In this document: in pieces, positions 17,918 through 27,134 of the stretch
Layout of the letters: each line of letters starts with the position of its first letter
Numbering within the stretch: position 1 is the first letter of the stretch
IMG/VR virus record: IMGVR_UViG_3300020123_000348
Location: 1-58,885 of that record
From: a virus
Taxonomy: Duplodnaviria; Caudoviricetes
Direction: 5' to 3' (one strand)
Length of the DNA stretch: 58,885 bases
Program-made: the position numbers and the translations under genes
The notes under the pieces: model-generated
Seen by the model: the letters and a program-made list of their open reading frames with translations, nothing else
What the model was told of the DNA's origin: nothing
Database searches by the model: none

Positions 17918-19725
17918 AAGTTGATTTAGTATACAAAATAGGCAAAAGAGACAACGATACAAACTTCGAGTTAAGACACTCAATAAGAAGTGCTGTAGAG
18001 AACTTCGTGGATCTTGGTAAAATTTATATTGTGGGACATAAACCAGATTGGGCTATAAATGTCATTCATATTCCAATAGGAGATCCATATAAAAACAATA
18101 AGGATGCTAATCTCATAAATAAGCTATTAAGAGCTTGTCAAGAAGAAAGTCTTAGTCAAGAATTCTTAAATATGAGTGATGATTACTTTTTCTTAGAAAA
18201 GATTGGTAAAGATTATTTTGATACATCAATCTATGATAATGAGATAATCAGTAAAATCACTCCAGAAAGCAAATATTCAAAATGGGACAGAAGACTATTA
18301 TCAACATTACAAATCCTAAAAGAAAAAGGATATGAACAAAATATCTATGATTTACACATGCCAGTATTGATTGACAAAACTAAATACAAGGAAGTCATGC
18401 TGAATTATGATTATGGTTGGGATAACGGATATTGTGGTAATACATTGTATTTCAATACAATAAAAAAGAAAGGAAGAGAAGTTGTGAAGAATAAGAGCAA
18501 AGAACAATTGATTGAAAACAAAAGACAAAACGATTTTGTAAATTCAATGGCTAATTTAGCTAAAAATATTGATGATGAAACTGATAAGCAAAATTTTCAT
18601 ATAGAACCAGGATTTGATAGTGAAGGAAAACTAATTGAAGTTTCTATTTGTAAGAATAAAAATGATAATAGATTTCCAGTTCAATTAGGTTATGAACAAA
18701 AAGATATTCAATATGAAAATGAAGTTTCAAAGGTTATTGATGATAAAATTGAAGAATGGCATAATAGTAATTCAGATAAAACATTACAAGAATATTTAGG
18801 TTTAAGTAAAGAAGACTATAAATCATTTGTTGAGAACAATAGTTTCGATGAAATCATATTAGAACAAGAAGCAAATCAATTATATGACATCAATGAAAAG
18901 ATCAAACAATTAGAAGAAGAAAGAACTAATTTATGGAATAATGCCCCAACTTTAAGAAGTGGTGAAAAATGGGAAAAAATAGATCAAAGAACAAGTGAAA
19001 TAGGGCATCAATTAGTTGATTTATATGAACAAAAAAGAAATCTCGAAATAAGAGAAGAAATTGAATGTAAAGCAGATGGAAGTATAAATACATTAGAGAG
19101 TGAAGAAGAGTTTCTTGATTTTACTAAATGGAAATGCCAAAAAAGAGTTATACTATTATATGAAGATTATGATATTGAAGAATTATATTCAGAATATCTT
19201 AAAGAAAAAAGTGAAGCTGAAAGAATAGATAATAAAAATAGTAAATTGAGCAATAATGAAACAGAAGCTCAAAGATTTGAAGTTCCGATTAATGTGAATA
19301 ATGAAACAAAAATGAAATTGTTTCAAAATATAACAGCTAAGCGAATATATGTTGAAGGCGAGAATATTGGATCCGAGGATTTAAGAGCTCCAATTAGAGC
19401 TATTGAATTTACTTTATTGAATGATGAAGGACAAGAAGTAAAAGTTATAAAGACTTTACAAGAGTTAGGAGAAGTTGATAAATATATGATAACCCATAGC
19501 GAAGAGAAGTTTCGTAATTGGCTATTAAATAATAAAGAAAGTGTTGATTATCAATCATTCAATGATATTTGTAGACTTTATAAACAATCAAAATCAGTAG
19601 AAGAGATTCAAATCTTTACAACTCAAAATCTTATAGTAAATTATTCAGCTATTGCATTTAATAAATCTATGGAAAAATTTTTAGCATTGAGATTCAATAA
19701 GTTATGCATTTATGAAAGTAAATAA
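17914..19725 (+). CDS. Stealth-like glycosyl(phospho)transferase domain fused to a long acidic/coiled-coil region
   Basis: VDLVY, ELRHSIRS, IYIVGHKPDW, FLNMSDDYFF, HMPVLIDK in the first ~185 aa. Confidence 0.65.
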   Translation: MKVDLVYKIGKRDNDTNFELRHSIRSAVENFVDLGKIYIVGHKPDWAINVIHIPIGDPYKNNKDANLINKLLRACQEESLSQEFLNMSDDYFFLEKIGKDYFDTSIYDNEIISKITPESKYSKWDRRLLSTLQILKEKGYEQNIYDLHMPVLIDKTKYKEVMLNYDYGWDNGYCGNTLYFNTIKKKGREVVKNKSKEQLIENKRQNDFVNSMANLAKNIDDETDKQNFHIEPGFDSEGKLIEVSICKNKNDNRFPVQLGYEQKDIQYENEVSKVIDDKIEEWHNSNSDKTLQEYLGLSKEDYKSFVENNSFDEIILEQEANQLYDINEKIKQLEEERTNLWNNAPTLRSGEKWEKIDQRTSEIGHQLVDLYEQKRNLEIREEIECKADGSINTLESEEEFLDFTKWKCQKRVILLYEDYDIEELYSEYLKEKSEAERIDNKNSKLSNNETEAQRFEVPINVNNETKMKLFQNITAKRIYVEGENIGSEDLRAPIRAIEFTLLNDEGQEVKVIKTLQELGEVDKYMITHSEEKFRNWLLNNKESVDYQSFNDICRLYKQSKSVEEIQIFTTQNLIVNYSAIAFNKSMEKFLALRFNKLCIYESK

Positions 19726-19727
19726 GT

Positions 19728-19757
19728 TTTATTTTAAATAAAATTTATAAATTTGCA
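19728..19757 (+). promoter_or_regulatory. Class A promoter
   Basis: TTTATtttaaATAAA, 5 nt, TAAATTTGCA. Confidence 0.68.
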
Positions 19758-19785
19758 TTATTAAATAAATTAAAATTTATAAAAA

Positions 19786-20136
19786 ATGGAAAATGAATTA
19801 GAAGTAAATGGTGTGAAATACATCAGAAAAGATTCAATAAAATTTAAAGAAAAAATAATTGAATTAGATGGAACTGAATCGTTGTGGGAAATTGATAAAA
19901 ATTATCTTATAAGAACAGTAACTATGATTCAATTGGGAAAACTTAAAAAAGTTACTGATAAAGAACTTTTATTATCAGAAGCTTGTTGGGTCGCTGATAC
20001 TGGCAGATTTAATGAATCACTTAAAAAAGGAACTCTTAAAGAAGTAGAAATGTTTCAAAGAGATGTTATTGTTTCAAGAGGAGGGATTATTGATGCTACA
20101 GAATGGCTTTTAGAATTACCTAAAGAATCAAAATAA
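19786..20136 (+). CDS. Conserved phage hypothetical protein (DUF6948-like)
   Basis: KNYLIRTVTMIQLGKL..EACWVADTGRF pattern. Confidence 0.6.
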   Translation: MENELEVNGVKYIRKDSIKFKEKIIELDGTESLWEIDKNYLIRTVTMIQLGKLKKVTDKELLLSEACWVADTGRFNESLKKGTLKEVEMFQRDVIVSRGGIIDATEWLLELPKESK

Positions 20137-20204
20137 TGACTCAAGTTATATTAAGAAGAGGTTTTGAAAATCTAAGGAGCGGGAGCAGGAGCGGGAGCAA
20201 TTAA
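20136..20204 (+). CDS. Tiny RS/GS-repeat ORF (22 aa; possibly contracted)
   Basis: TAATG-coupled MTQVILRRGFENLRSGSRSGSN; (AGGAGCGGGAGC)x2 at 20175-20198. Confidence 0.45.
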   Translation: MTQVILRRGFENLRSGSRSGSN

Positions 20205-20216
20205 ACAAATACTAAA

Positions 20217-20489
20217 ATGGCTTTCAAATATTTAATAGTAGATAATAAGTTGATAATAGGAAATGCCGACTATCATACTCAACTTGTTCGAAAAGATATT
20301 GAAAAGTCTCTTATCGCCAGCGAAGGGAGACTGGATTTGAATAAGACAGATAAAAAAGCTTACTTTTATGGAACTTCATTTGATTATGGTTCAGTTACAA
20401 AAGAACAATTCATAACTTCAATTAATAATTCATTAATAAGTCAATCATTATTAGAATATGAATGGACTTTCACAAATGATTTGAATTAG
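20217..20489 (+). CDS. Hypothetical protein
   Basis: 90-aa ORF. Confidence 0.6.
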   Translation: MAFKYLIVDNKLIIGNADYHTQLVRKDIEKSLIASEGRLDLNKTDKKAYFYGTSFDYGSVTKEQFITSINNSLISQSLLEYEWTFTNDLN

Positions 20490-20511
20490 AGTAGTAATAA
20501 TGAAATAGTAA

Positions 20512-20775
<264 letters not shown>

Positions 20776-21120
20776 GAGAAAAAAGAAAAGTAAAATTTAG
20801 ATCAACTGCAGAACATGGAACACTAATTTATGGAGTTCCACAAGCGTCATATTTAGAACCTGGAACTAAAGTCATCATGACATTTGTTGCTGATCTTTCA
20901 AAGAAAGAACAAAACAATTAAACTAAATTTGAAGTGATATGAAAGATTGTACTATCCATTCATTTAAAAGGTGGAATACTATTATTGACTATGAAAGTGA
21001 TGAAGGTTCTGTTGTTTTGATTAATAGTAAAGGCAAAAAAGTTGTTGAATTTGGTTATGTAAAATTCACAAAAAAAGATTTTGATAAATTTAAAAATAAT
21101 TAATATGGAATCAAATCAAA

Positions 21121-21309
21121 ATGTTGCAGAACAAAAAACTGAATAAATATTGGTTCATAATAGAATTTGAATCAGATAGCTCATTACCGACTTTCTTGAA
21201 TAAATTATCATCTTTTGAAATAGATTCATCAGAGATCAAATATTCACGCTATAGAAACACTCATACAGTTTGCTATCGGCATACAATTGAAATAACTAAT
21301 TTGAAATGA
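21121..21309 (+). CDS. Hypothetical protein
   Basis: 62-aa ORF overlapping the next start. Confidence 0.4.
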   Translation: MLQNKKLNKYWFIIEFESDSSLPTFLNKLSSFEIDSSEIKYSRYRNTHTVCYRHTIEITNLK

Positions 21310-21506
21310 TAATAGCTTTAAATATAATTTGGATATTTTATACAGCCTATATAGCAATTGGAATATTAGGCTGTATTATAAGCAGAGAAGTTCAACCAAT
21401 ATTCAAATGGCATGATTTATGGATTGGTTTCTTTTGGGATTCTAAAAAGAAGTGGTTGTATATATTTTTAATCCCATGTTTAGGTTTAATTTTTAAATTT
21501 GATTAA
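21306..21506 (+). CDS. Small membrane protein
   Basis: Hydrophobic, with WHDLWIGFFWD motif. Confidence 0.6.
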   Translation: MIIALNIIWIFYTAYIAIGILGCIISREVQPIFKWHDLWIGFFWDSKKKWLYIFLIPCLGLIFKFD

Positions 21507-21668
21507 AATGATAAAATATCAGATAAGAAAAGTTCAATATCAAACAGCATTAGGTTGGCGCCCATATTTCAGTTATAGTTTTTATTTTTTGTTTATTTGG
21601 TTTGAAATTGCCTGGTCAATAGATGAATCTTTTCTTGAAACTAAATATTCGCACAATCTGATAAAGAA

Positions 21669-21965
21669 ATGAAAACAAAAAAGCCAGCCAAGATATTCAT
21701 AGATGATGTCAAATGTGAAGCAGAGTGGAAAAGTTTTACAAAAACTTATGATTCAAGAACAGATTTATATATTGGGAACATTTTCATCGCGAGTTATAAA
21801 TACAATAAACAAGCATTAGAAAAAAAATATCAATACATAGTTACATCAGAATTTAAAGGAGTTTCTTTATTAAAAGTTGGGCAAGAATATGCTTCAACAG
21901 TTTCAGAAGCTCAAGATAAATGTATTGAAATAGCTAAAGAATTTTGTAAGCAGCTTCAAAGCTAA
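21669..21965 (+). CDS. Hypothetical protein
   Basis: 98-aa ORF. Confidence 0.55.
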   Translation: MKTKKPAKIFIDDVKCEAEWKSFTKTYDSRTDLYIGNIFIASYKYNKQALEKKYQYIVTSEFKGVSLLKVGQEYASTVSEAQDKCIEIAKEFCKQLQS

Positions 21966-22245
21966 ATTTATCTATTCATAGTAATTTTGTATTTTTGCAA
22001 ATCATAATAAAAATGTATTGTCAAAAACATAAAGTATTTACTGAGAAAGATATTGAATATCTTTCAAATAATCAAATTGAAACCGGTGTTGTTTCAAATG
22101 AGCTTGTAAATTTGATGATAGTAAGTTCATTCTTTTCGTATGGTTTGTTTCCAATCAATCATTGATCAGTAAAAGAAAGAGGAATCATAAAAAAAGAATT
22201 TGAGATAGATTTAAAAGTAAATTTGTTATTTTGCGATAATTAAAA

Positions 22246-23817
22246 ATGAAAGATAAGAAAGAACAAAAGAAAGAAAGCATTGAATATTTGAAGAAATCAT
22301 TTGAAGAATTAGGTGTTGATAAGTTCATCATCAAAAATGTTGTAGAAACTGATCTTCAAAAATCGCATAGAATTCTTAGTTTACGACAAAATGGTGAAGA
22401 TGAGATTGAGAAAGGAACTCCAATGGCTTCACATCCTGGATTAATAAAAAAGAAAGTCACTATTCGCATGGGTGGTAAAACGTTTGAAGGTTATCGTTAT
22501 GTGAAATCTGATACTGGAGCCGCTGCAAGTCATCCAAAAGCAAGCAAGGACGTTCAAGAGACAAATAAGAAACAATCAGAGAAAGTTGAAGCAAAAAAGA
22601 AAGTCAAAGATAATCTTGATGAGAATGGAAAACATGGTAACGAAGATGTAAATGATGAAGAAGATAATGAACAAACAAATCCCGAGTTAGTTAATCAGAT
22701 TATCAAGATAGCTCAAACAAAAGGAACTAATGCAAGCAAAGTAAGAGATTTTATTGGTCTTGGCATTTATGACGCTCAATTGATGTTAAGTTTATGTCCA
22801 CAATTAAAAATAGCAGACATTAATTGGTATGGTAAAGAAGCTGGTTTGGATATGAAAGAGTTTCAGAATAATGTTGTTGGTAAAGTGAATGGGTTTTTAG
22901 GAAACATTGGTTCAAATGATAAAAAAGAATCTGTTGAGGAATTGAGAAAAGTAATGAATGATAAGAATTTCCAAAAGCAATTAGAGCAATCTAAAGAAAA
23001 GCGATTGGAAGATCTTGGAATGTCTCCAGATGAGGTGATGAATATGAAATGGGATGCTTATGATTTGAAACTTAAACAACTTATTGTTAAAAGACAAATT
23101 CCATCATTATTAGTTTATGGAACTGGTGGTATTGGTAAAACATTTGGATTATTGAAATCTTTAGAAGCAGCTGGAAAAGTTGCTTGGGATCCAGAGCTTG
23201 ATTTGCAAGCAAATGAATATGATTATGTAAAAATCAATGGAAACACAAATGCTTCAAGTATGTATAATCTTCTTTATGAGAATCCAAATAAGTTGATTAT
23301 ATATGACGATTGTGATTCAATGTGGAATGATCCAGATTCACCAATGGCAAATATGCTAAAAACAGCTTTAGATGGAACTGGTGATAGGATGATAACGTAT
23401 GACAATCCAAAAAAATTAGAAGATGGAACTAAACCTCCAACTAAATTTAAGTTCCACGGTCAAGTGATATTCATAAGTAATTTACCACGAACGGCTTTTC
23501 CAAAACCAATCGTTGACTCAAGAGCATCAGCTTTAGATTTAACTATGACAATGGATCAAACATTAGCTAAATTAAATAAGATAAAGTATGATGTTGAATT
23601 TAAAGATGTTGATAGTAATGAAATAACTGTTGATAAAGAATCAAGAGATGACATTATGAAATTCTTAGAAGAATATAAAGGCGATTTAAGAGTTGAACAA
23701 GTAAATGGAAGAACATTAGCTAATTTAGCTAAAATGAAAGTTCAATTAGTTGAAGATGGAAAAATTTCTCATAAAGATTTTGTAAGACAGGCAATGATAG
23801 ATTTAGATTTAATTTAA
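22246..23817 (+). CDS. AAA+ ATPase with an N-terminal K|S/G-tagged extension (candidate capsid cargo)
   Basis: Walker A GTGGIGKT, Walker B LIIYDDCD, sensor VIFISN; N-terminal LKKS, LQKS, IEKG. Confidence 0.82.
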   Translation: MKDKKEQKKESIEYLKKSFEELGVDKFIIKNVVETDLQKSHRILSLRQNGEDEIEKGTPMASHPGLIKKKVTIRMGGKTFEGYRYVKSDTGAAASHPKASKDVQETNKKQSEKVEAKKKVKDNLDENGKHGNEDVNDEEDNEQTNPELVNQIIKIAQTKGTNASKVRDFIGLGIYDAQLMLSLCPQLKIADINWYGKEAGLDMKEFQNNVVGKVNGFLGNIGSNDKKESVEELRKVMNDKNFQKQLEQSKEKRLEDLGMSPDEVMNMKWDAYDLKLKQLIVKRQIPSLLVYGTGGIGKTFGLLKSLEAAGKVAWDPELDLQANEYDYVKINGNTNASSMYNLLYENPNKLIIYDDCDSMWNDPDSPMANMLKTALDGTGDRMITYDNPKKLEDGTKPPTKFKFHGQVIFISNLPRTAFPKPIVDSRASALDLTMTMDQTLAKLNKIKYDVEFKDVDSNEITVDKESRDDIMKFLEEYKGDLRVEQVNGRTLANLAKMKVQLVEDGKISHKDFVRQAMIDLDLI

Positions 23818-23827
23818 AATTTTAAGA

Positions 23828-24346
23828 ATGGATAACTTAATTGATAAAAAGAAAATATCTGCAAAAGATCTTGAAGGAAATTTTGAAGAACATAAAACTC
23901 AACAGCTTGAAAATTTGCTTCAAGTTTTACTTTCAACAGAACATGATGATGATATAACTGTCAATCTCATTATAGCTGAATTATTGAATCGAGGAATCTC
24001 AAAAGATGAAATCAAAGAGAAATCAAAAGATAAGAAAGTCAAAGATAAAATTGAAAAAGCTTTTGACATTTTAGGAATTGATAAGATTCAAAAAGGAACT
24101 CTGCATAAGACTCATAAATATCTTAAGATAGTTAATGGTCATTATATTTACAAAGAAAATGAGATGACAAGCAAAGACCATTCAGAAGCCGCAAGTCATC
24201 ATAAAATGGAATTTGAAAAGTTGAATAAGACAAATAAAATTGATGAAAAGCATCGTAAGAAACTGAAATATCATCAAGATGTAGCTGACAGGCATGAGAA
24301 GTTGGCAAAAGATAAAATAAAAACAGAAAAACTTTCTAATAAGTAA
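23828..24346 (+). CDS. Candidate internal head protein
   Basis: IEKAFDILGIDKIQKG followed by HKYLKIVNGHYIYKE and a His-rich helical tail. Confidence 0.6.
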   Translation: MDNLIDKKKISAKDLEGNFEEHKTQQLENLLQVLLSTEHDDDITVNLIIAELLNRGISKDEIKEKSKDKKVKDKIEKAFDILGIDKIQKGTLHKTHKYLKIVNGHYIYKENEMTSKDHSEAASHHKMEFEKLNKTNKIDEKHRKKLKYHQDVADRHEKLAKDKIKTEKLSNK

Positions 24347-24348
24347 AA

Positions 24349-27117
24349 ATGAAGCCATTCCCAGCGGGGACAATTCGTGATTGGGAAGGTGGAACTTTCA
24401 TTAAAGCTTGTGAGCCTTCAAAATACAACCATTCAGGTTGGATTCCATTACAAACAAGTCAAGCATTAGAATCAATAGGAAGAGAATGTGATTCATTAGC
24501 AAGTAGTTGTTTAAGTAAGAAAGAACCTATCGCTGGAGAAATCGCACTTGATCACGAAATTGATAACTTTGAAAAAGATGCTAATGGAGATCATCCATAT
24601 ACTGCAAATGACTTTAAGAAATATGAAGGTTTTTATGGTTCAGGAAGATACTCATTTCGTAATGAATTTTCACGAAGATTCATGGCTGAAAAACTTGCGT
24701 TGCAAGAAGCTATCAATAAAGCTTACGATGATGCGATGCCAAGTAATGCTATGAAAGGATTAGATGCAGCTACAAAAAAAGAAATAAGAAATGAAGTCAA
24801 AGCTAATTTCAATTATAATTACGAGCCATTCAAAACAACTCAAGCAAATGAACTGAAAGGAATCATTGAACGCACTAAAAAGCAATTGGATATTGGATTT
24901 AATTTTGAGGGTGAGCAGAAGAAAGTTTATGATGAGGCTTTAAGTGTTGTAAAATCTCTTCCATTAGAATATGATAGAATAGCTAAAAAGCGAAAACAAA
25001 AAGAAGATGCATTAAAAGCAATCAATGAGATTTTCAAAGATAACTGGGGAGCAAGAGAGGCAGTAAAGAAAAAATTAGATGATGCTTATGGAGAATATGT
25101 AAGGAAATTCTCAGATCAAATAAGAGAAGGCGAAGGCAAATCACAAGAAGAGACTTTTGGAGTTACAATTGATGAACCTTATGAAACATTTTATCCAAAG
25201 TTATTTGACAAGATTCAATTAGACAGAAATAAATTCAACAAATATAAAGTTGAAGACATTGAGTTAGATAAATATGAAGGAGAAGAGATTGCTTTAGAAG
25301 GAATTTCATTCATTTTGAAAAAAGATAAAAATGGACATTTATATTTAGTTAGATCTAATCAAATATCTGGAAATCCTAAATTTAATATAGATGCTATTAA
25401 AGACCATGAGCGATTATATCCACAAGGATATTTAGAAATTGATAATCGACTTGAATTACCAGTAAAACAAGGTTTAGTTGATAAGCTAAACATGTTTGAT
25501 TTATTGAGTCAGCATATTGGGGAAGAAATTGAAACTATTACGAATTCCCATTATGGTAAATCAAAAAATATTTATAAAATAAAAAAAGACAAAGAGAATA
25601 AAATTTATTTAGAAGATTTTGTTGGAAACAGAAAAAACTTTAATGAATATTCAAAAACATATAGTGTTGTAGCAGAACAATTACATAAACAATCCAAATC
25701 ATATCCTTTCAATGAACTTCTCTATTTACGTTTTGAAACTTTATATAGTAAACAATTTGATGGTGATTGGAATGAATCGATGTTACCAGTTATTTACAAT
25801 ATCGAAAAGTTATTGAATACATTACCACTAGGGCATGCTATCAATAATGGCGAATTGAATCAAATCACAAATAAAGAATATGGTGACAATAATGGTTATG
25901 CTTGGTATTCATCAAATGAAAGACGAATCAATTTCAGTGACAAAGCGGCGAATGCTTTTTCAATATGGGGAGATTTAAAAGGTTCACAAGAATTCAATTC
26001 AGTTGTTGCTCATGAAATTGGTCATGCTGTAAGTTATAAATTGGGAAGAAAACCTAATTTAAACTATCGTAAATTTGGAAAAGAATGCGGCTGGGATTGG
26101 TCATATTTGAGGCCGTTGGGAGACGATTATATAAAAACAGGAGATCAAAAAGGAGTTGAAAGAACTGGAAGTGAATCTCATCAACCATTATTGACTGCTT
26201 ATGCTGAGACAAGTCCTGAAGAAGCTTTTGCAGAATATTACTCAATCTATGTAAATAACAAAGAAGCCATTGATTCATATTTAGCAACTAACAACAAAGA
26301 ATTCTTATGTAAAGTGAGTAAAATAGTTGCTCAATCAAAACCAGATAGTGATTTGAAAAATGTGAAAGATTATAGTGGTTTTCAGAATAAAGATCAATAT
26401 AAACAAGATAAAGAATGGTTAGCTAATAGAGTAAATAAGAGAACTATTGAAATTCCAAAAGAAATCGAAAATCTTCATTTACAAGATAAGAAAAATTTTG
26501 ATGTTGAATTGATAAATCCTTGGATGGTAAAATTTGACAAAGGAATCAAAGAAGAAGCTGAATATATAAAAACAGGTTTATATAATGCTCGCATAAATGA
26601 ACCTCATCCAATAGTTGTAATTCAAAGCAAAACTAATATATATCATTGTTTGAGATATGAGAATTATTGTATGGCATTCAAGAGAACACATAAAATGGCT
26701 CCGGCATTGATTATAAGTGAAGAAGCGTATTCACAATTAAGTCAAAAATTCACTAAAGAAGAAATCATTGATTATGCTATATATTTTTTAAGAGATCGAA
26801 AAGTACCATTGCAAAATAATGTAGCTAAATTTAAAAAAGGATTAGAATATAGGAATGAAGTTTTAAGTGTTGAAGATCTGGTTCATAATAAAAACCGCTT
26901 TTTAGCAATGAAAAAAATATTTGATTCTCCTTCATTACAAAAAGCTTTAAAAGAATTATTTGGTTTGAATCATCTAAGAGATGTTTTTGCAATCAATCAA
27001 CCAATTCAAGATAATGCATTAGAATTACAGAAAAGTGAGTTGAATAGTATTCTATCGGAATTGGAAGAAAATGCATTAGAGCTTAATCTTGTAATGCGAG
27101 AAATAGATTCTAATTAA
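24349..27117 (+). CDS. Large multidomain protein with a zincin metallopeptidase domain
   Basis: VAHEIGHAV (HExxH at 26011-26025) and YAETSPEEAFAEYY; C-terminal LQKA and LQKS. Confidence 0.78.
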   Translation: MKPFPAGTIRDWEGGTFIKACEPSKYNHSGWIPLQTSQALESIGRECDSLASSCLSKKEPIAGEIALDHEIDNFEKDANGDHPYTANDFKKYEGFYGSGRYSFRNEFSRRFMAEKLALQEAINKAYDDAMPSNAMKGLDAATKKEIRNEVKANFNYNYEPFKTTQANELKGIIERTKKQLDIGFNFEGEQKKVYDEALSVVKSLPLEYDRIAKKRKQKEDALKAINEIFKDNWGAREAVKKKLDDAYGEYVRKFSDQIREGEGKSQEETFGVTIDEPYETFYPKLFDKIQLDRNKFNKYKVEDIELDKYEGEEIALEGISFILKKDKNGHLYLVRSNQISGNPKFNIDAIKDHERLYPQGYLEIDNRLELPVKQGLVDKLNMFDLLSQHIGEEIETITNSHYGKSKNIYKIKKDKENKIYLEDFVGNRKNFNEYSKTYSVVAEQLHKQSKSYPFNELLYLRFETLYSKQFDGDWNESMLPVIYNIEKLLNTLPLGHAINNGELNQITNKEYGDNNGYAWYSSNERRINFSDKAANAFSIWGDLKGSQEFNSVVAHEIGHAVSYKLGRKPNLNYRKFGKECGWDWSYLRPLGDDYIKTGDQKGVERTGSESHQPLLTAYAETSPEEAFAEYYSIYVNNKEAIDSYLATNNKEFLCKVSKIVAQSKPDSDLKNVKDYSGFQNKDQYKQDKEWLANRVNKRTIEIPKEIENLHLQDKKNFDVELINPWMVKFDKGIKEEAEYIKTGLYNARINEPHPIVVIQSKTNIYHCLRYENYCMAFKRTHKMAPALIISEEAYSQLSQKFTKEEIIDYAIYFLRDRKVPLQNNVAKFKKGLEYRNEVLSVEDLVHNKNRFLAMKKIFDSPSLQKALKELFGLNHLRDVFAINQPIQDNALELQKSELNSILSELEENALELNLVMREIDSN

Positions 27118-27134
27118 TTTGTTAGTTTTGCATT

